Below are positions 28,588-37,493 of a DNA stretch of 64,000 bases, piece after piece. The stretch lies in assembly GCA_002391225.1 (NCBI GenBank), contig DGRV01000021.1, positions 7,589-71,588 of the forward strand. Reading direction: 5' to 3'. Each line of letters opens with the position of its first letter. Within the stretch, counting starts at the first letter, position 1. The stretch is from Christensenella sp. UBA4379 (lineage in GTDB: Bacteria > Bacillota > Clostridia > Christensenellales > Aristaeellaceae). Below the pieces are notes generated by a model. That model worked only from the letters and a program-made list of their open reading frames with translations, was not told the DNA's origin and did not search any database. The translations under genes were made by a program, and so were the position numbers.

Positions 28588-31356
28588 ATGAAGATCACTG
28601 AACTCCGCGTCAATGGGATCCGGGAACCGCTGGGTTTTTCCCTGCCGCACCTCTCCATTTCCTGGAAGACGGTTGAAACCGCCTCCAAAAAGCCGGTTCG
28701 GGAGCGGCTCACGGTTGCCGCCGACCCTGATTTGAAGGAGGTCCTGTTTGAAAAGGATCAGGAACGCCTCTGCTCCATCGGGGAGGCCGTTGAGCTGCGG
28801 CTTTCTCCCCGCACCCGCTACTATGTGCGGGCCGAGGTCTGGGGAGACGATGGGGACCATGCCGCGGGCGATACCTGGTTTGAAACCGGCAAGATGGACG
28901 AGCCCTGGCAGGCAAAGTGGATCGGCCCTGAAGAAAAGGACGCCTTCCACCCGCTGTTTTTCCGCGCGTTCAACCTGCCAAAGGACGCCGTTTCCGCCCG
29001 GCTGTACGTGACGGGGCTGGGCCTCTATGAAGCGTATGTGAACGGGGAAAAGGCCGGGGACGACCTGCTGGCCCCTTTCCTGAGCGATTACAACGAATCG
29101 GTGCAGGCGCAGACCTATGACGTCAGCGCCCTGATCAAGGCCGGGGATAACCGCCTGGACATCATCACCGGCAACGGCTGGTACAAGGGCCGCCTGGGCT
29201 ACGAGGGCAGGCGGGAGGTATACGGGAAAGACTTTCAGGTGCTCGCGGAGCTCCGCGTTACCTTTGCGGACGGTTCCCAAGCGGTGATTGGCACGGACGA
29301 AAGCTGGCAGTACCAGGGCAGCGATTTTGAGTATACCGATATTTATGACGGCGAATGTCTGAACCGCCTTTTGTGGAAGGAGAAGGAAAACGTCCAAAAG
29401 CCTGTCCGCCTGATGCCGGAAAAAAAGACAGAGGACCGCTCGAGCCTGCCCGTCGTCGTCAAGGACAGCCTGCCCGTCCGGGACATCCTCCGCACCCCCG
29501 CCGGGGAAACGGTGCTGGACATGGGGCAGAACTTTACCGGGTATATGGAATATACCGCGGATTTCCCCGCCGGCACGCGCGTTACCCTGGACCACGGCGA
29601 AATCCTCCAGGGCGGCAATTTCTATAACGACAATTATCGCAGCGCCAGGGCGCAGATGATCTACGTGTCCGACGGGCGGAAGGAAAGGGTCCGGGCCCAC
29701 TTTACCTTTTTCGGCTTCCGCTATGTGCGGGTGACCGGCTGGCCCGGGGAAATCAGGAAGGAAGATTTTACAGGCCGGGTGGTCTATTCCGACCTGGATA
29801 CCTCCATCCGTTTCCACTCCTCCGACGAAAAGCTGAACCGGCTCTCGCAAAACGCCTTCTGGGGCCAGCGCAGCAATTTCCTGGACGTGCCCACCGACTG
29901 CCCCCAGCGGGACGAGCGCCTGGGCTGGACGGGGGACGCCCAGGTCTTTTCTCCGACGGCCTGCTTCCAGATGGACACGAGGGCCTTCTACAGAAAGTTC
30001 CTTTCGGACCTGAGGATCGACCAGCAGAAGCACGGCGGCGCGGTCGCCAATTACCTTCCCAACATCGGCGGCATGCCCGGCGGCAGCAGCGTATGGGGGG
30101 ACATCGCCACCTTCCTGCCTGCTACCCTCTATGAGTTCTACGGGGACAGGGAAGACCTGGAAGTACAGTACCCGATGATGAAGGACTGGCTTCACTGGAT
30201 CTTCCGCCAGGACGAGGAACACGGGGGAAGGAGACTCTGGGACTTCGGCTTCCACTTCGGCGACTGGCTGGCCCAGGACGGCGTCACGCCCCAGAGCATG
30301 AAGGGCGGGACCGACGACTTTTTCGTAGCCAGCATGTACTATTACGCCTCCGCCCTGAAAACCGCGCAGGCCGCGCGGATATTGGAAAAGCCTGAGGACG
30401 CGGAGGCCTTCGGACGTCTGGCTGAGGAGATCCGCGCCGCCATCCTGCGGGAATATTTCAGCCCCGCCGGCCGGCTATGCGTGGACACCCAGACGGCCTA
30501 CCTGCTGTGCCTGAACTTTTCTGTGTACGTGGACAGGGAGAGGCTGATCGAAGGGCTCAAAAAGCGCTTCCAGAAGGATTGCTACAAGATCAAGAGCGGC
30601 TTTGTGGGCGCGACCATGATGTGCCGGGTGCTGGCGGAAAACGGGCTGGAGGACATGGCGGCGTACTTCCTGTTCCAGGAGGGCTTCCCCGGATGGCTCC
30701 ACTGTGTGAACCTCGGGGCTACCACCATCTGGGAGCGGTGGAACAGCGTGCTGGACGACGGATCCATTTCCGGCACGGGCATGAATTCCCTGAACCACTA
30801 TTCCTACGGTTCCGTGATGGAATATGTGTTCCGCGACCTGGCGGGCATCCGGCCGCTGGCCCCGGGCTTTGGGCGGGTGCGCTTTGCTCCCCAGCCCAGC
30901 CGGTATCTGCAGGAGCTCAGCTGCGCCTACGATTCCGTCAGCGGCGAATACAGTTCTTTCTGGCGGATCAACGAGGACGGCGCGCTGACGGTGCGCTTCC
31001 GGGTGCCCTTTGGCTGCACGGCGGAGGCCCTGCTGCCGGGAAGCGGCGAAACAGTGGCCCTGACCGCGGGCGAATATGAAAAGACCTATCGGCCCAGCGC
31101 AGACTACGGCCAGCGCTATACGATGGACAGCCGCCTGGACGAAATGAAGGATGATGAAGAGGCTCTGGCCCTCCTCCAGGAGGACATGCCCCCGGCCTAT
31201 GAGGCGGTCCTCAAAAACGATATAGAGCTCATGAGCCTGCCGTTTACCGAACTGCAAAATCTCTTCTTCTTCGGCTTTAACCCCGGCATGATGCAGGCCG
31301 GCACCCGGCGTCTGTTTACCCTGAGAGCATTTTCAAGGAGGAAATCCCATGATTGA
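28588..31356 (+). CDS. GH78 alpha-L-rhamnosidase, no signal peptide
   Basis: DCPQRDERLGWTGDAQVF motif. The 922-aa architecture is typical of the family. Confidence 0.9.
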   Translation: MKITELRVNGIREPLGFSLPHLSISWKTVETASKKPVRERLTVAADPDLKEVLFEKDQERLCSIGEAVELRLSPRTRYYVRAEVWGDDGDHAAGDTWFETGKMDEPWQAKWIGPEEKDAFHPLFFRAFNLPKDAVSARLYVTGLGLYEAYVNGEKAGDDLLAPFLSDYNESVQAQTYDVSALIKAGDNRLDIITGNGWYKGRLGYEGRREVYGKDFQVLAELRVTFADGSQAVIGTDESWQYQGSDFEYTDIYDGECLNRLLWKEKENVQKPVRLMPEKKTEDRSSLPVVVKDSLPVRDILRTPAGETVLDMGQNFTGYMEYTADFPAGTRVTLDHGEILQGGNFYNDNYRSARAQMIYVSDGRKERVRAHFTFFGFRYVRVTGWPGEIRKEDFTGRVVYSDLDTSIRFHSSDEKLNRLSQNAFWGQRSNFLDVPTDCPQRDERLGWTGDAQVFSPTACFQMDTRAFYRKFLSDLRIDQQKHGGAVANYLPNIGGMPGGSSVWGDIATFLPATLYEFYGDREDLEVQYPMMKDWLHWIFRQDEEHGGRRLWDFGFHFGDWLAQDGVTPQSMKGGTDDFFVASMYYYASALKTAQAARILEKPEDAEAFGRLAEEIRAAILREYFSPAGRLCVDTQTAYLLCLNFSVYVDRERLIEGLKKRFQKDCYKIKSGFVGATMMCRVLAENGLEDMAAYFLFQEGFPGWLHCVNLGATTIWERWNSVLDDGSISGTGMNSLNHYSYGSVMEYVFRDLAGIRPLAPGFGRVRFAPQPSRYLQELSCAYDSVSGEYSSFWRINEDGALTVRFRVPFGCTAEALLPGSGETVALTAGEYEKTYRPSADYGQRYTMDSRLDEMKDDEEALALLQEDMPPAYEAVLKNDIELMSLPFTELQNLFFFGFNPGMMQAGTRRLFTLRAFSRRKSHD

Positions 31357-33049
31357 TTTAAAGGCCAATCCTTTTTTCTTAAATGACCAGGACATCGCCT
31401 GGGTGGAAAAGACCAAAGCCGCCATGAGCACCGAGGAAAAGCTGGAGCAGCTGTTTTTCCCCATCGGCTATTCCGCCAACGAGGGCTATCTTCAGTATGA
31501 GCTGCTGAACCGCCGTCCCGGCGGCGTCATGTTCCGCACCGGCAAAACCGAGGAGCTGTTCAGCGCCTATACCTATCTGCAGACCCACACCAAGGTCCCC
31601 CTGTTCCTGGCGGCCAACTTGGAAGCGGGCGGCGACGGCATCGTGGAGGAAGGGACCGCCTTCGGCAAGCAGATGCAGGCGGCAGCCACCGGCGACCCGG
31701 AACAGGCCTACCGCCTGGGCAAAATTTCCTGCGCGGAGGGCCAGGCCGTGGGCTGCAACTACGCCTTCGCCCCGGTGGTGGACATTGACCTCAATTACCA
31801 TAACCCCATCACCAACGTGCGCACCTATGGCAGCGACAAGGACATGGTCAAGGCCTGCGGCCTGGCCTATATGAAGGGCGCGAAGGAGTGCGGCAGCGCC
31901 GTTTCCATCAAGCACTTCCCCGGCGACGGCGTGGACGAAACGGACCAGCACATCCTGACCAGCGTCAATTCCCTTTCCTGTGAGGAGTGGGACGAAAGCT
32001 ACGGCGACATCTATAAAACCCTCATCGAAAACGGCGCCCTGACCGTAATGGTGGGCCACATCGCCATGCCCGCCTATCAGAAAAAGTTTAACCCTGCCCA
32101 TCCCGACAAGCTGATGCCGGCCACGCTGTCCCCGGAGCTTTTACAGAACCTGCTCCGCGGCCAGCTGGGCTTTAACGGCATGATCATCACCGACGCCAGC
32201 CCCATGGTGGGCTTCCTGTGCGCCATGGACCGGCGGCGGAGCGTGCCCTACTGCATCGAAGCCGGCTGCGACATGATCCTATTCAACAAGGATTATGAAG
32301 AGGACCTGGGCTACATGAAGCAGGGCTACGAGGACGGTATTCTGTCCGAAAAGCGGCTGGACGAGGCCGTCACCCGGATTCTGGCCGCGAAAGCCGCCCT
32401 GCGGCTCCATGAAAAGCAGGAAAACGGCGCCCTGGCCCCGAAGAAAGAAAACCTCTCCGTCATCGGCTGCGAGCAGCACCGGGCCTGGGCCAGGGAATGT
32501 GCCGACAAGGCCGTCACCCTGGTAAAGGACACCCAGCATCTTCTCCCCATCGACCATAAGCGCCATCACCGGGTGCTGTTTGAGATCCTGGGCAAATGCC
32601 CTTCCGAACAGCGGGTGGCCCAGCGCTTCATCGCCGATATGGAAAAAGAGGGCTTCCAAATGATCCCCTACCAGGAAGAGGTCTTCGATTTTTCCAAGCC
32701 CATGCACATGGAAACCGTGGAGGAGTTCCGCAGCAAGTACGACCTGGTTATCTACATCGGCAACGTGGAAAACGCCTCCAACAAGACCACCGCTCGCCTC
32801 AACTGGCACGCCCCCTACGGTGCGGGCAACAACATCCCCTGGTTCGTGGAGGTAGTGCCCACCCTGTTCATCTCCCTGCAGAACCCCTATCACCTGCTGG
32901 ATGTGCCGATGGTGAAGACCTATATCAACGCCTATTCCAACCACGACCTCATGATCGACACGGTGGTGGAAAAGCTGGTGGGAAAGAGCGCGTTTACCGG
33001 CCATAGCCCCGTGGACCCCTTCTGCGGCAAGGAATACCTGCGATATTGA
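31349..33049 (+). CDS. GH3 enzyme of the NagZ-like (Asp-His dyad) type
   Basis: KHFPGDGVDETDQH, and the nucleophile region GFNGMIITDA. Overlaps the GH78 stop by 8 nt. Confidence 0.85.
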   Translation: MIDLKANPFFLNDQDIAWVEKTKAAMSTEEKLEQLFFPIGYSANEGYLQYELLNRRPGGVMFRTGKTEELFSAYTYLQTHTKVPLFLAANLEAGGDGIVEEGTAFGKQMQAAATGDPEQAYRLGKISCAEGQAVGCNYAFAPVVDIDLNYHNPITNVRTYGSDKDMVKACGLAYMKGAKECGSAVSIKHFPGDGVDETDQHILTSVNSLSCEEWDESYGDIYKTLIENGALTVMVGHIAMPAYQKKFNPAHPDKLMPATLSPELLQNLLRGQLGFNGMIITDASPMVGFLCAMDRRRSVPYCIEAGCDMILFNKDYEEDLGYMKQGYEDGILSEKRLDEAVTRILAAKAALRLHEKQENGALAPKKENLSVIGCEQHRAWARECADKAVTLVKDTQHLLPIDHKRHHRVLFEILGKCPSEQRVAQRFIADMEKEGFQMIPYQEEVFDFSKPMHMETVEEFRSKYDLVIYIGNVENASNKTTARLNWHAPYGAGNNIPWFVEVVPTLFISLQNPYHLLDVPMVKTYINAYSNHDLMIDTVVEKLVGKSAFTGHSPVDPFCGKEYLRY

Positions 33050-33059
33050 TACTAATCTC

Positions 33060-33198
33060 TGGTAAAACTGCTAAATCTTGCACGCATCTTTGACGCTTGC
33101 TCTGCGTCACCCACCCTCACCGTACCTTCAGGTACGCTTTCGTGCGGGTTCCTTGATCAAACGCCAAATCCACGCACAATCTTTTAGCATTTTTACCA
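33060..33198 (+). repeat. About 140-nt structured intergenic element closed by a 16-bp inverted repeat
   Basis: TGGTAAAACTGCTAAA pairs with TTTAGCATTTTTACCA (15 of 16). Inner hairpins are GACGC-ttgctct-GCGTC and CGTACC-ttca-GGTACG. Confidence 0.5.
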
Positions 33199-33223
33199 CA
33201 TCTTAGTATAAGGAGGAAGAACC

Positions 33224-33868
33224 ATGCAATTTCAAGCCATCATCTTTGACCTGGACGGCGTGATCTGCTTTACCGACGAATACCATTACCGCGCCTGGAA
33301 GGCCATGGCGGACGATATGGGCATCCCCTTTGACCGGACGGTCAACAACCGTCTTCGCGGCGTCAGCCGCATGGCCAGCCTGGACATCATTTTGGAAAAA
33401 TACACAGGGCCCGCTTTGAGCCAGGAAGAAAAGGAAAAGCTGGCCCAGCGGAAAAACGACATCTACCGGGAGTCCCTTCAGGAAATGAGCCCTGCCGACC
33501 TGAGCGCGGAGGTAAAGGAGACCCTGGAGGGCCTCCGGGACCTGGGCCTCAAACTGGCCATCGGCTCCTCCTCCAAGAACACCCCCTTCATCCTGGGCCA
33601 GATCGGCCTCAAGGATTTCTTTGACGCCGTCAGCGACGGCAACAACATCACCCGCTCCAAGCCCGACCCGGAGGTTTTTGTCAAGGCGGCGCAGATGCTG
33701 GGCATCGCCCCGGAAGCCTGCCTGGTGGTGGAGGACGCCGTGTCCGGCGCTCAGGCCGGCCACGCGGGCGGCATGAAGGTGGCCTGCCTGGGCGACGCCG
33801 CGATGAATCAGGCCGGCGACTGGAACATGCAGAGCATCCGGGAACTGTTGGACATTGTCAAAGAGTAA
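33224..33868 (+). CDS. pgmB: Beta-phosphoglucomutase (HAD superfamily)
   Basis: IIFDLDGVI, NRLRGVSR, GSSSKN and VVEDAVSG motifs. Confidence 0.85.
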   Translation: MQFQAIIFDLDGVICFTDEYHYRAWKAMADDMGIPFDRTVNNRLRGVSRMASLDIILEKYTGPALSQEEKEKLAQRKNDIYRESLQEMSPADLSAEVKETLEGLRDLGLKLAIGSSSKNTPFILGQIGLKDFFDAVSDGNNITRSKPDPEVFVKAAQMLGIAPEACLVVEDAVSGAQAGHAGGMKVACLGDAAMNQAGDWNMQSIRELLDIVKE

Positions 33869-33880
33869 GGAGCATAGGAA

Positions 33881-35629
33881 ATGGTCGATCTGAAAGCGAA
33901 GCCCTTTTTCCTGACCGACGAAGAGATCCGTTGGGTGGAGGAGACGCTGGCCTCCATGACCCTCCGGGAAAAGCTGAGCCAGCTGTTCGTGATGCTTAAA
34001 GCGGTGCCCGGGGTCGACGAGGGCCAGATCAAAAGCCTGATGGAAAGCGCCCGCCCCGGCGGCATGCGCTGGCAGGGGGGCGACAAGGAAAGCGTCTGGA
34101 AGCAGAACCGCCTGTTCCAGCAGTACAGCCGGATTCCCGTGTTCATCGCTGGCAACTGCGACGACGGCGGCAACGGCGTTCTGCCCAAGGAGGGAACCTT
34201 CGTGGCGACGGCGGCCGAGGCCGGGGCCGGGGCAGGCACGGAAACCGCCTACCATATGGGCTACGCGGCGGGAAAGGAAGCGGCGGCCATCGGCGTCAAC
34301 TGGATGTTCAACCCCGTGGCGGACGTATATAAAAACTGGCGCAACACCATCGTGAACACCCGCTCCTTCGGCAGCGACCCGGACCGGGTCATCGCCTGCG
34401 TGCGGGCTTACATCCGGGGTATCAAGGACGCCGCCCCGCACATGGCCTGCACCTGCAAGCACTTTCCCGGCGACGGCTGGGACGAGCTGGACCCCCATAT
34501 TTCCCCCGCCCACAACGAAGCGGGCGCGGAGGAATGGCTGGAAAGCTACGGAAAAGTCTATCAGACGATGATTGACGAGGGCCTTGAAACCATCATGACC
34601 GGCCAGATTTCCCTGCCCCAGATGAGCCGGCGCCTGCACCCCGGCATCCGGAATGAGGAGATTCTGCCCGCTTCCCTGGCCCCGGAGCTTTTGCAGGACC
34701 TGCTCCGGGAGCAGATGGGCTTTAACGGCCTGATCATCTCCGACGCCTCCCACATGATCGGCATGTCCGGCGTGATGGCGAGAAGCGAAGCTGTGCCCCG
34801 GTGCATCGCCGCGGGCTGCGACATGTTCCTGTTTGCCAATGATTTTGAGGAGGACCTTCATTATCTGGAGGAAGGTTATCAGCGCGGCATTGTGACCGAG
34901 CAGCGGCTCCGCGACGCCCTTTTGCGCATCCTTGGGATGAAGGCCCATCTAAAGCTGTACGACGACGCCGTCCGCTATCCCGACCAAGCCGGACTGGACG
35001 TGATCGGCTGTCAGGCGCACCAGGAGTTTACCGTCCAGGCCGCCGATGCCTGCGTCACCCTGGTCAAGGATACAAGGAATCTCCTCCCCATCGACCCTGC
35101 AAATAAGAAAAACGCCCTGCTCATCTATGTGCAGAGCCCCCCGAACAGCAAGGCCTACCAGGGCGACGGGATGCGGGCCCTGATCACCGAGGAGCTGGAG
35201 CGGGCCGGCTTCTCCGTCACCCAGTGCCCCAGCTTCTACGACCTGGAAGTCGAAAACGGCCCCCATCCGATGAACTTCGTCAGAATGATGCAGATGGGCC
35301 GCCGGGAGGATTTTAAGAAGAAATACGACGTGGTATTCGTGTTCATCTACGTGAAGGGCTATGCCCAGCGCAACGTGGAGCGCCTTTCCTGGAGCAGCGG
35401 CCACAGCATGGAAATGCCCTGGTATACCGAGGAAGTGCCCACCGTGGGCGTGAGCCTCAACTATACCAATCACCTGGTGGACTGCGCCAATATTCACACC
35501 TTTGTCAACGCCTACGGCCCGAACCGGGAAAACGTGCGGGCGGCTATTGAGAAGATCACCGGGAAAAGCCCCTTCCGCGGCACGGCAGACGATACCGTCT
35601 TCTGCGGCCGCTGGGATACCCGCCTGTAA
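33881..35629 (+). CDS. GH3 enzyme of the NagZ-like (Asp-His dyad) type, paralog of 31349..33049
   Basis: KHFPGDGWDELDPH and GFNGLIISDA. The N-terminus MVDLKAKPFFLTDEEIRWVEE parallels MIDLKANPFFLNDQDIAWVEK. Confidence 0.85.
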   Translation: MVDLKAKPFFLTDEEIRWVEETLASMTLREKLSQLFVMLKAVPGVDEGQIKSLMESARPGGMRWQGGDKESVWKQNRLFQQYSRIPVFIAGNCDDGGNGVLPKEGTFVATAAEAGAGAGTETAYHMGYAAGKEAAAIGVNWMFNPVADVYKNWRNTIVNTRSFGSDPDRVIACVRAYIRGIKDAAPHMACTCKHFPGDGWDELDPHISPAHNEAGAEEWLESYGKVYQTMIDEGLETIMTGQISLPQMSRRLHPGIRNEEILPASLAPELLQDLLREQMGFNGLIISDASHMIGMSGVMARSEAVPRCIAAGCDMFLFANDFEEDLHYLEEGYQRGIVTEQRLRDALLRILGMKAHLKLYDDAVRYPDQAGLDVIGCQAHQEFTVQAADACVTLVKDTRNLLPIDPANKKNALLIYVQSPPNSKAYQGDGMRALITEELERAGFSVTQCPSFYDLEVENGPHPMNFVRMMQMGRREDFKKKYDVVFVFIYVKGYAQRNVERLSWSSGHSMEMPWYTEEVPTVGVSLNYTNHLVDCANIHTFVNAYGPNRENVRAAIEKITGKSPFRGTADDTVFCGRWDTRL

Positions 35630-35641
35630 AGGAGGAAGCCG

Positions 35642-36652
35642 ATGAAAACGGAATACATCGTCCTGAATCCGGAAAGAAACGTCAGCCTGACCGCCTTCCT
35701 GCAGCCCGTGGGCGGAGAGTTTTCCGGCCTGGCCGCCCGGCCCGCGGCGCTGATTCTGCCCGGCGGCGGCTATCACTTCTGCTCCGACAGGGAGGCAGAC
35801 CCGGTGGCCTTCCCGTACTTAAAAGCGGGCTATCAGGTCTTCATCCTGCGCTATTCTTTGAACGAACAGGCAGAGTGGCCCAACCCCCTCAATGACTACG
35901 AGCAGGCCATGGCCCTGATCGAAAAGAACGCGGAAGCCTGGCATGTGGCTGTCGACCGCATCGCGGTGATCGGCTTTTCCGCCGGCGGCCATCTGGCGGC
36001 CTGCGCGGCTACCATGGCCCGGCGCCGGCCCGCCGCGGCTATCTTGGGCTATCCCGTGATCGACGGGGACTGCGCGCGCGATTACCTGCCCTCCGCCCCG
36101 GACGTCCCTTCCGCGGTGGATCAGCGCACCTGCCCCTGCTTTGTCTTCGCCACCCGCACGGACAACCTGGTGCCGGTGCACAACGCCGTCCATCTGATCG
36201 ACGCCCTGTGCGAAAATGACATCGCCTTTGAGAGCCACATCTATGCAAACGGCCCCCACGGCCTGTCCACCGGAGACGCAAGCATCAACGGGCAGGACTT
36301 TTCCGCCCGCTACTGCGCCTGGGTGGGGGACAGCATCGCCTGGCTTTCCGACGTGCTGGGCGGCGTCACCGCCCAGGGCCTGACCCCGCCGCGCTTCGGC
36401 AGCAGAATCAACGGCAACCGGGAAAAAACGCTGAACCTGGACTGCACGCTTCAATACCTGCTGTCCCATCCCAAAGGCAGGGCCTTGCTGGAGGAAATCC
36501 TGCCCTCCGAGCCCGGGAAGCCGAGCTACCCCCCAGCCGCAGCCAGCGTCATCACCCTGAGGGACAGCCTGCGCTACAGCGGCCTTTCCGCTGAAGCGAT
36601 CCAGTCGATCGAAAACCGGCTGCTGGCCATCGACAACCATCCGGAGGATTGA
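35642..36652 (+). CDS. Alpha/beta hydrolase (carbohydrate esterase-like)
   Basis: PGGGYHF oxyanion region and the GFSAGGH nucleophile elbow. Confidence 0.8.
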   Translation: MKTEYIVLNPERNVSLTAFLQPVGGEFSGLAARPAALILPGGGYHFCSDREADPVAFPYLKAGYQVFILRYSLNEQAEWPNPLNDYEQAMALIEKNAEAWHVAVDRIAVIGFSAGGHLAACAATMARRRPAAAILGYPVIDGDCARDYLPSAPDVPSAVDQRTCPCFVFATRTDNLVPVHNAVHLIDALCENDIAFESHIYANGPHGLSTGDASINGQDFSARYCAWVGDSIAWLSDVLGGVTAQGLTPPRFGSRINGNREKTLNLDCTLQYLLSHPKGRALLEEILPSEPGKPSYPPAAASVITLRDSLRYSGLSAEAIQSIENRLLAIDNHPED

Positions 36653-36655
36653 GCC

Positions 36656-37486
36656 ATGTCTTACCTGGACGAATTCAAGCGGAAACAGCGCTTCGCCGTC
36701 TGCGTGGACTCCGACGGCTGCGCCATGGACACCATGAACATCAAGCACATCCGCTGCTTCGGCCCCTGCATGGTGGAGGAATGGGGCCTGGCGAAATGGC
36801 GGGACGCCATCCTGAACCGCTGGAACGAAATCAACCTCTATTCCGGCACCCGGGGTATCAACCGCTTTAAGGGCCTGGCCATGGCCCTGTCCGAAATTCA
36901 TGAGAAATATACGCCCATCGACGGCATTGATCTCCTCACCGCCTGGGCGGAGACCGCCCCCGAGCTTTCCAACGACGCCGTGGCCTTGAAAGCCCAGGAG
37001 CATCCGGTCTTTGAAAAGGCCCTTCGCTGGAGCCGGGCGGTGAACGCGGCCATCGAAGCCCTGCCAGAGGAGAAAGTCAAGCCCTTTGCCCACGTAGGGG
37101 AAGCCCTGGCCGCCGCCCACCGGCAGGCCGACGTGGTGGTGGTCTCCAGCGCCAACCCGGAGGCTGTGCGGGAGGAATGGAAGCGCTTTGCCCTCCTTCC
37201 CCATGTGGACCTGCTCTGCACCCAGGAAATGGGCAGCAAGGCCTACTGCATCGGCAAGCTGAAGGAAAAGGGGTACGATGCCATTCTGATGTGCGGCGAC
37301 GCCCCGGGGGACGAGCAGGCGGCCAGGAAAAACCAGGCCCTGTATTATCCCATTCTGGTCAATCACGAGGCCGAAAGCTGGCAGCGCTTCCTGGACGAGG
37401 CGCTGGACAGGTTCCTCCAAAACGAATTCGCGGGCAGCTATCAGCAGGACCTCCTCGACGCGTTTCACAAAAATCTGGGCCAGTGA
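36656..37486 (+). CDS. HAD-family hydrolase (putative sugar phosphatase)
   Basis: CVDSDGCAMDT (DxD motif) and a C-terminal GDAPGD. Confidence 0.7.
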   Translation: MSYLDEFKRKQRFAVCVDSDGCAMDTMNIKHIRCFGPCMVEEWGLAKWRDAILNRWNEINLYSGTRGINRFKGLAMALSEIHEKYTPIDGIDLLTAWAETAPELSNDAVALKAQEHPVFEKALRWSRAVNAAIEALPEEKVKPFAHVGEALAAAHRQADVVVVSSANPEAVREEWKRFALLPHVDLLCTQEMGSKAYCIGKLKEKGYDAILMCGDAPGDEQAARKNQALYYPILVNHEAESWQRFLDEALDRFLQNEFAGSYQQDLLDAFHKNLGQ

Positions 37487-37493
37487 AAGGAGA

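Noticed and set aside
33060-33198. Interpretation of the inverted-repeat-bounded element as a MITE.
   Set aside because: I could find no clean target-site duplication at the ends (aATCTc versus cATCTt is offset) and no second copy in this window. It is kept as a structured element of unknown type rather than called a mobile element.
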